From an uncultured Candidatus Rokubacteria bacterium (lineage in GTDB: Bacteria > Methylomirabilota > Methylomirabilia > Rokubacteriales > CSP1-6), in contig CAVWFS010000019.1 of NCBI GenBank assembly GCA_963754315.1, forward strand, positions 1 through 64,000: a stretch of 64,000 nt of DNA, given 5' to 3'. Made by a program: the position numbers and the translations under genes. Of this stretch, positions 62,465 through 64,000 are shown piece after piece. Each line of letters starts with the position of its first letter. Positions within the stretch are counted from its first letter, which is position 1. The notes under the pieces were generated by a model. The model saw nothing but the letters and a program-made list of their open reading frames with translations, was not told the DNA's origin and searched no databases.

Positions 62465-63400
62465 CTAGACCAGAATCCGGGCCAGCGTCGCCTCGGCCTC
62501 GCCGAGGAGCGCGTGCGCCTCCTTCATGCTGATCGCGGCGAAGCGCACACGCTGGCCAGGTCTCACCTGTCCGAGACGACCGACGTCGAAGGAGCAAACG
62601 GTTGCCACCTTCGGGTAGCCGCCCGTGGACTGCCGGTCCACCAGTAACGCGATGGGCTGGCCATCGCCCGGGACCTGCAGGCTCCCAAGGGCAATCCCAT
62701 CGGAAATGATGTCGTGTCCGGCCTCGTGTCCGATGGCCGGGCCCCGCAGCCGCGCGCCCATGCGATCCGACTGAGGCAGCATCTCGTAGGCGTGTTCAAG
62801 CAGTGCCGCTACCCCTTCCCGCGTAAACCGGTGGGCCTGGGGTCCCAGCACCACCCGTAACACCGGTTCGTCCTCGAGCCCGAACGGCGGCGTGGTCGAA
62901 CGTATTTCAGGCGAGGCTGCTGGGAAAATGCGAAGCGTATCGCCCTTGCGCAGGGCGCGTCCTTCCAGTCCGCCTAGGCGGCCGCGGAGGTACGTCGAGC
63001 GTGATCCGAGGACGATCGGCACATCGAAGCCGCCTGAAAAGGCTAGGTACGCGCGTACACCGGCGCGCACCGGCCCCATTCGGACGACGTCGCCGGGTCT
63101 CACCGCGATCGTGGTCCAGGTAGGCGCCTCGTGTCCGTTGAGCGTGACCGGCATGACCGCCCCCGTCACTGCGATGGCGCCGACGGAGGCCACCTCGAAC
63201 CGCGGGCCTGCCAAGGTACACTCGAGGGCCGCTGCCGAGTCGGGATTGCCCACCAAGCGATTGGCCACGATGAACGCAACGCGATCCATGGGCCCCGAGG
63301 GAGGGATGCCGTACCGGAGCTGTCCAGGTCGTCCGAGATCTTGAACCGTCGTCTGCGGTCCTGCCTCCTGCACAGTGATGAACGGAGAGGCGGCGCCCAC
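62465..63400 (-). CDS. pxpC: 5-oxoprolinase subunit C
   Basis: TTVQDLGR, SGPMD, ANRLVGN, GSRST, SDRMG, QSTGGYP. Confidence 0.92.
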   Translation of the reverse strand: MGAASPFITVQEAGPQTTVQDLGRPGQLRYGIPPSGPMDRVAFIVANRLVGNPDSAAALECTLAGPRFEVASVGAIAVTGAVMPVTLNGHEAPTWTTIAVRPGDVVRMGPVRAGVRAYLAFSGGFDVPIVLGSRSTYLRGRLGGLEGRALRKGDTLRIFPAASPEIRSTTPPFGLEDEPVLRVVLGPQAHRFTREGVAALLEHAYEMLPQSDRMGARLRGPAIGHEAGHDIISDGIALGSLQVPGDGQPIALLVDRQSTGGYPKVATVCSFDVGRLGQVRPGQRVRFAAISMKEAHALLGEAEATLARILV

Positions 63401-63402
63401 GT

Positions 63403-64000
63403 TTACCAGATCTTGGGCCGATACGTCCGAGCAGCTACCGTTGCCGCGATGAAGTCAAACTCATGGCGGTCGATTGGCCGAAAGTGGATGCGGTCGCCTG
63501 CCCGCAGCAAAACCGGCTCCTGCGCACCGGGATCGTAGAGAGCGAGGGGGGTACGGCCGAGGATCCAGTAGCCCCCTGGACTCTCCACGGAATATATACA
63601 GCACTGAATGCCCCCGATGCCCACGCTGCCAGCAGGCACCTTCGTGCGAGGCGTCGGCAGCCGTGGCAGGTGAATACGCTCTGGCATGCCGGTCATGTAG
63701 GGCAGTCCGGGGGTGAACCCGATGAAGTACAGGTGGTACGTCTCGCTCGCATGAAGGCGGACTACCTCGTCCGGGGACAGCGTGAGCCGCTCGGCTGCCG
63801 CCTGCAGATCAAGCCCGAACCCGGGATCGTAGCAGCACGGCAGCTCGACGTGCCGAGATGGCGGCAGGGCTACCTTGTCTGGCGGGACAAACAAGATGTC
63901 GATGGCATCGACCAAGGACTCGTAGCCGGTCATCAGCGGATCGTAGTAAACGAGTAATGACCGGAACGTGGGGACACACTCCACGACCCCGGGCACCCCT
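63403..64000 (-). CDS. pxpB: 5-oxoprolinase subunit B (5' end outside the window)
   Basis: VPTFRSLLVYYDP, GFTPGLPY, PRTKVPAGSVGIGG, SPGGYWILGRT. Confidence 0.9.
   Translation of the reverse strand, partial: GVPGVVECVPTFRSLLVYYDPLMTGYESLVDAIDILFVPPDKVALPPSRHVELPCCYDPGFGLDLQAAAERLTLSPDEVVRLHASETYHLYFIGFTPGLPYMTGMPERIHLPRLPTPRTKVPAGSVGIGGIQCCIYSVESPGGYWILGRTPLALYDPGAQEPVLLRAGDRIHFRPIDRHEFDFIAATVAARTYRPKIW

Overview
High-GC diderm bacterial chromosome segment. Gene content and intergenic repeats suggest Ca. Rokubacteria/Methylomirabilota, which is inference only. The window has many single-base frameshifts, densest in 1-28 kb but also in tolA, thyX and gcvP, so most are probably long-read indel errors; frameshifted genes are given with reconstructed, approximate boundaries. 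1-24.4 kb is a cell-surface region next to a tandemly duplicated tRNA-Arg(UCG). It holds an amino-deoxysugar/ArnC-ArnT-like glycosylation set, two Asp-box proteins and IS remnants. It also holds two paralogous ~330-aa secreted proteins behind a near-consensus sigma70 promoter and a ~195-nt structured leader (S-layer candidates), with a GspC/PilP-like gene, an O-antigen-ligase/TPR protein, a priming sugar transferase and further glycosyltransferases upstream. The rest is mostly housekeeping: CPA2 antiporter, thyX, cyclase, LLM oxidoreductase, threonine synthase-like, MPG, tol-pal, a GldAFG-DUF4340 ABC system, pepA, lipoate ligase, gcvTH-PA-PB and pxpBCA. Top leads: (1) a candidate S-layer locus with its glycosylation and export genes; (2) a short, motif-degenerate AAA+ protein ending in the proteasome-docking tail GQYL; (3) a dispersed two-hairpin REP-like repeat family placed just after stop codons; (4) a class III aminotransferase embedded in pxpBCA. 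All family calls come from recognising motifs by eye; no searches were run.
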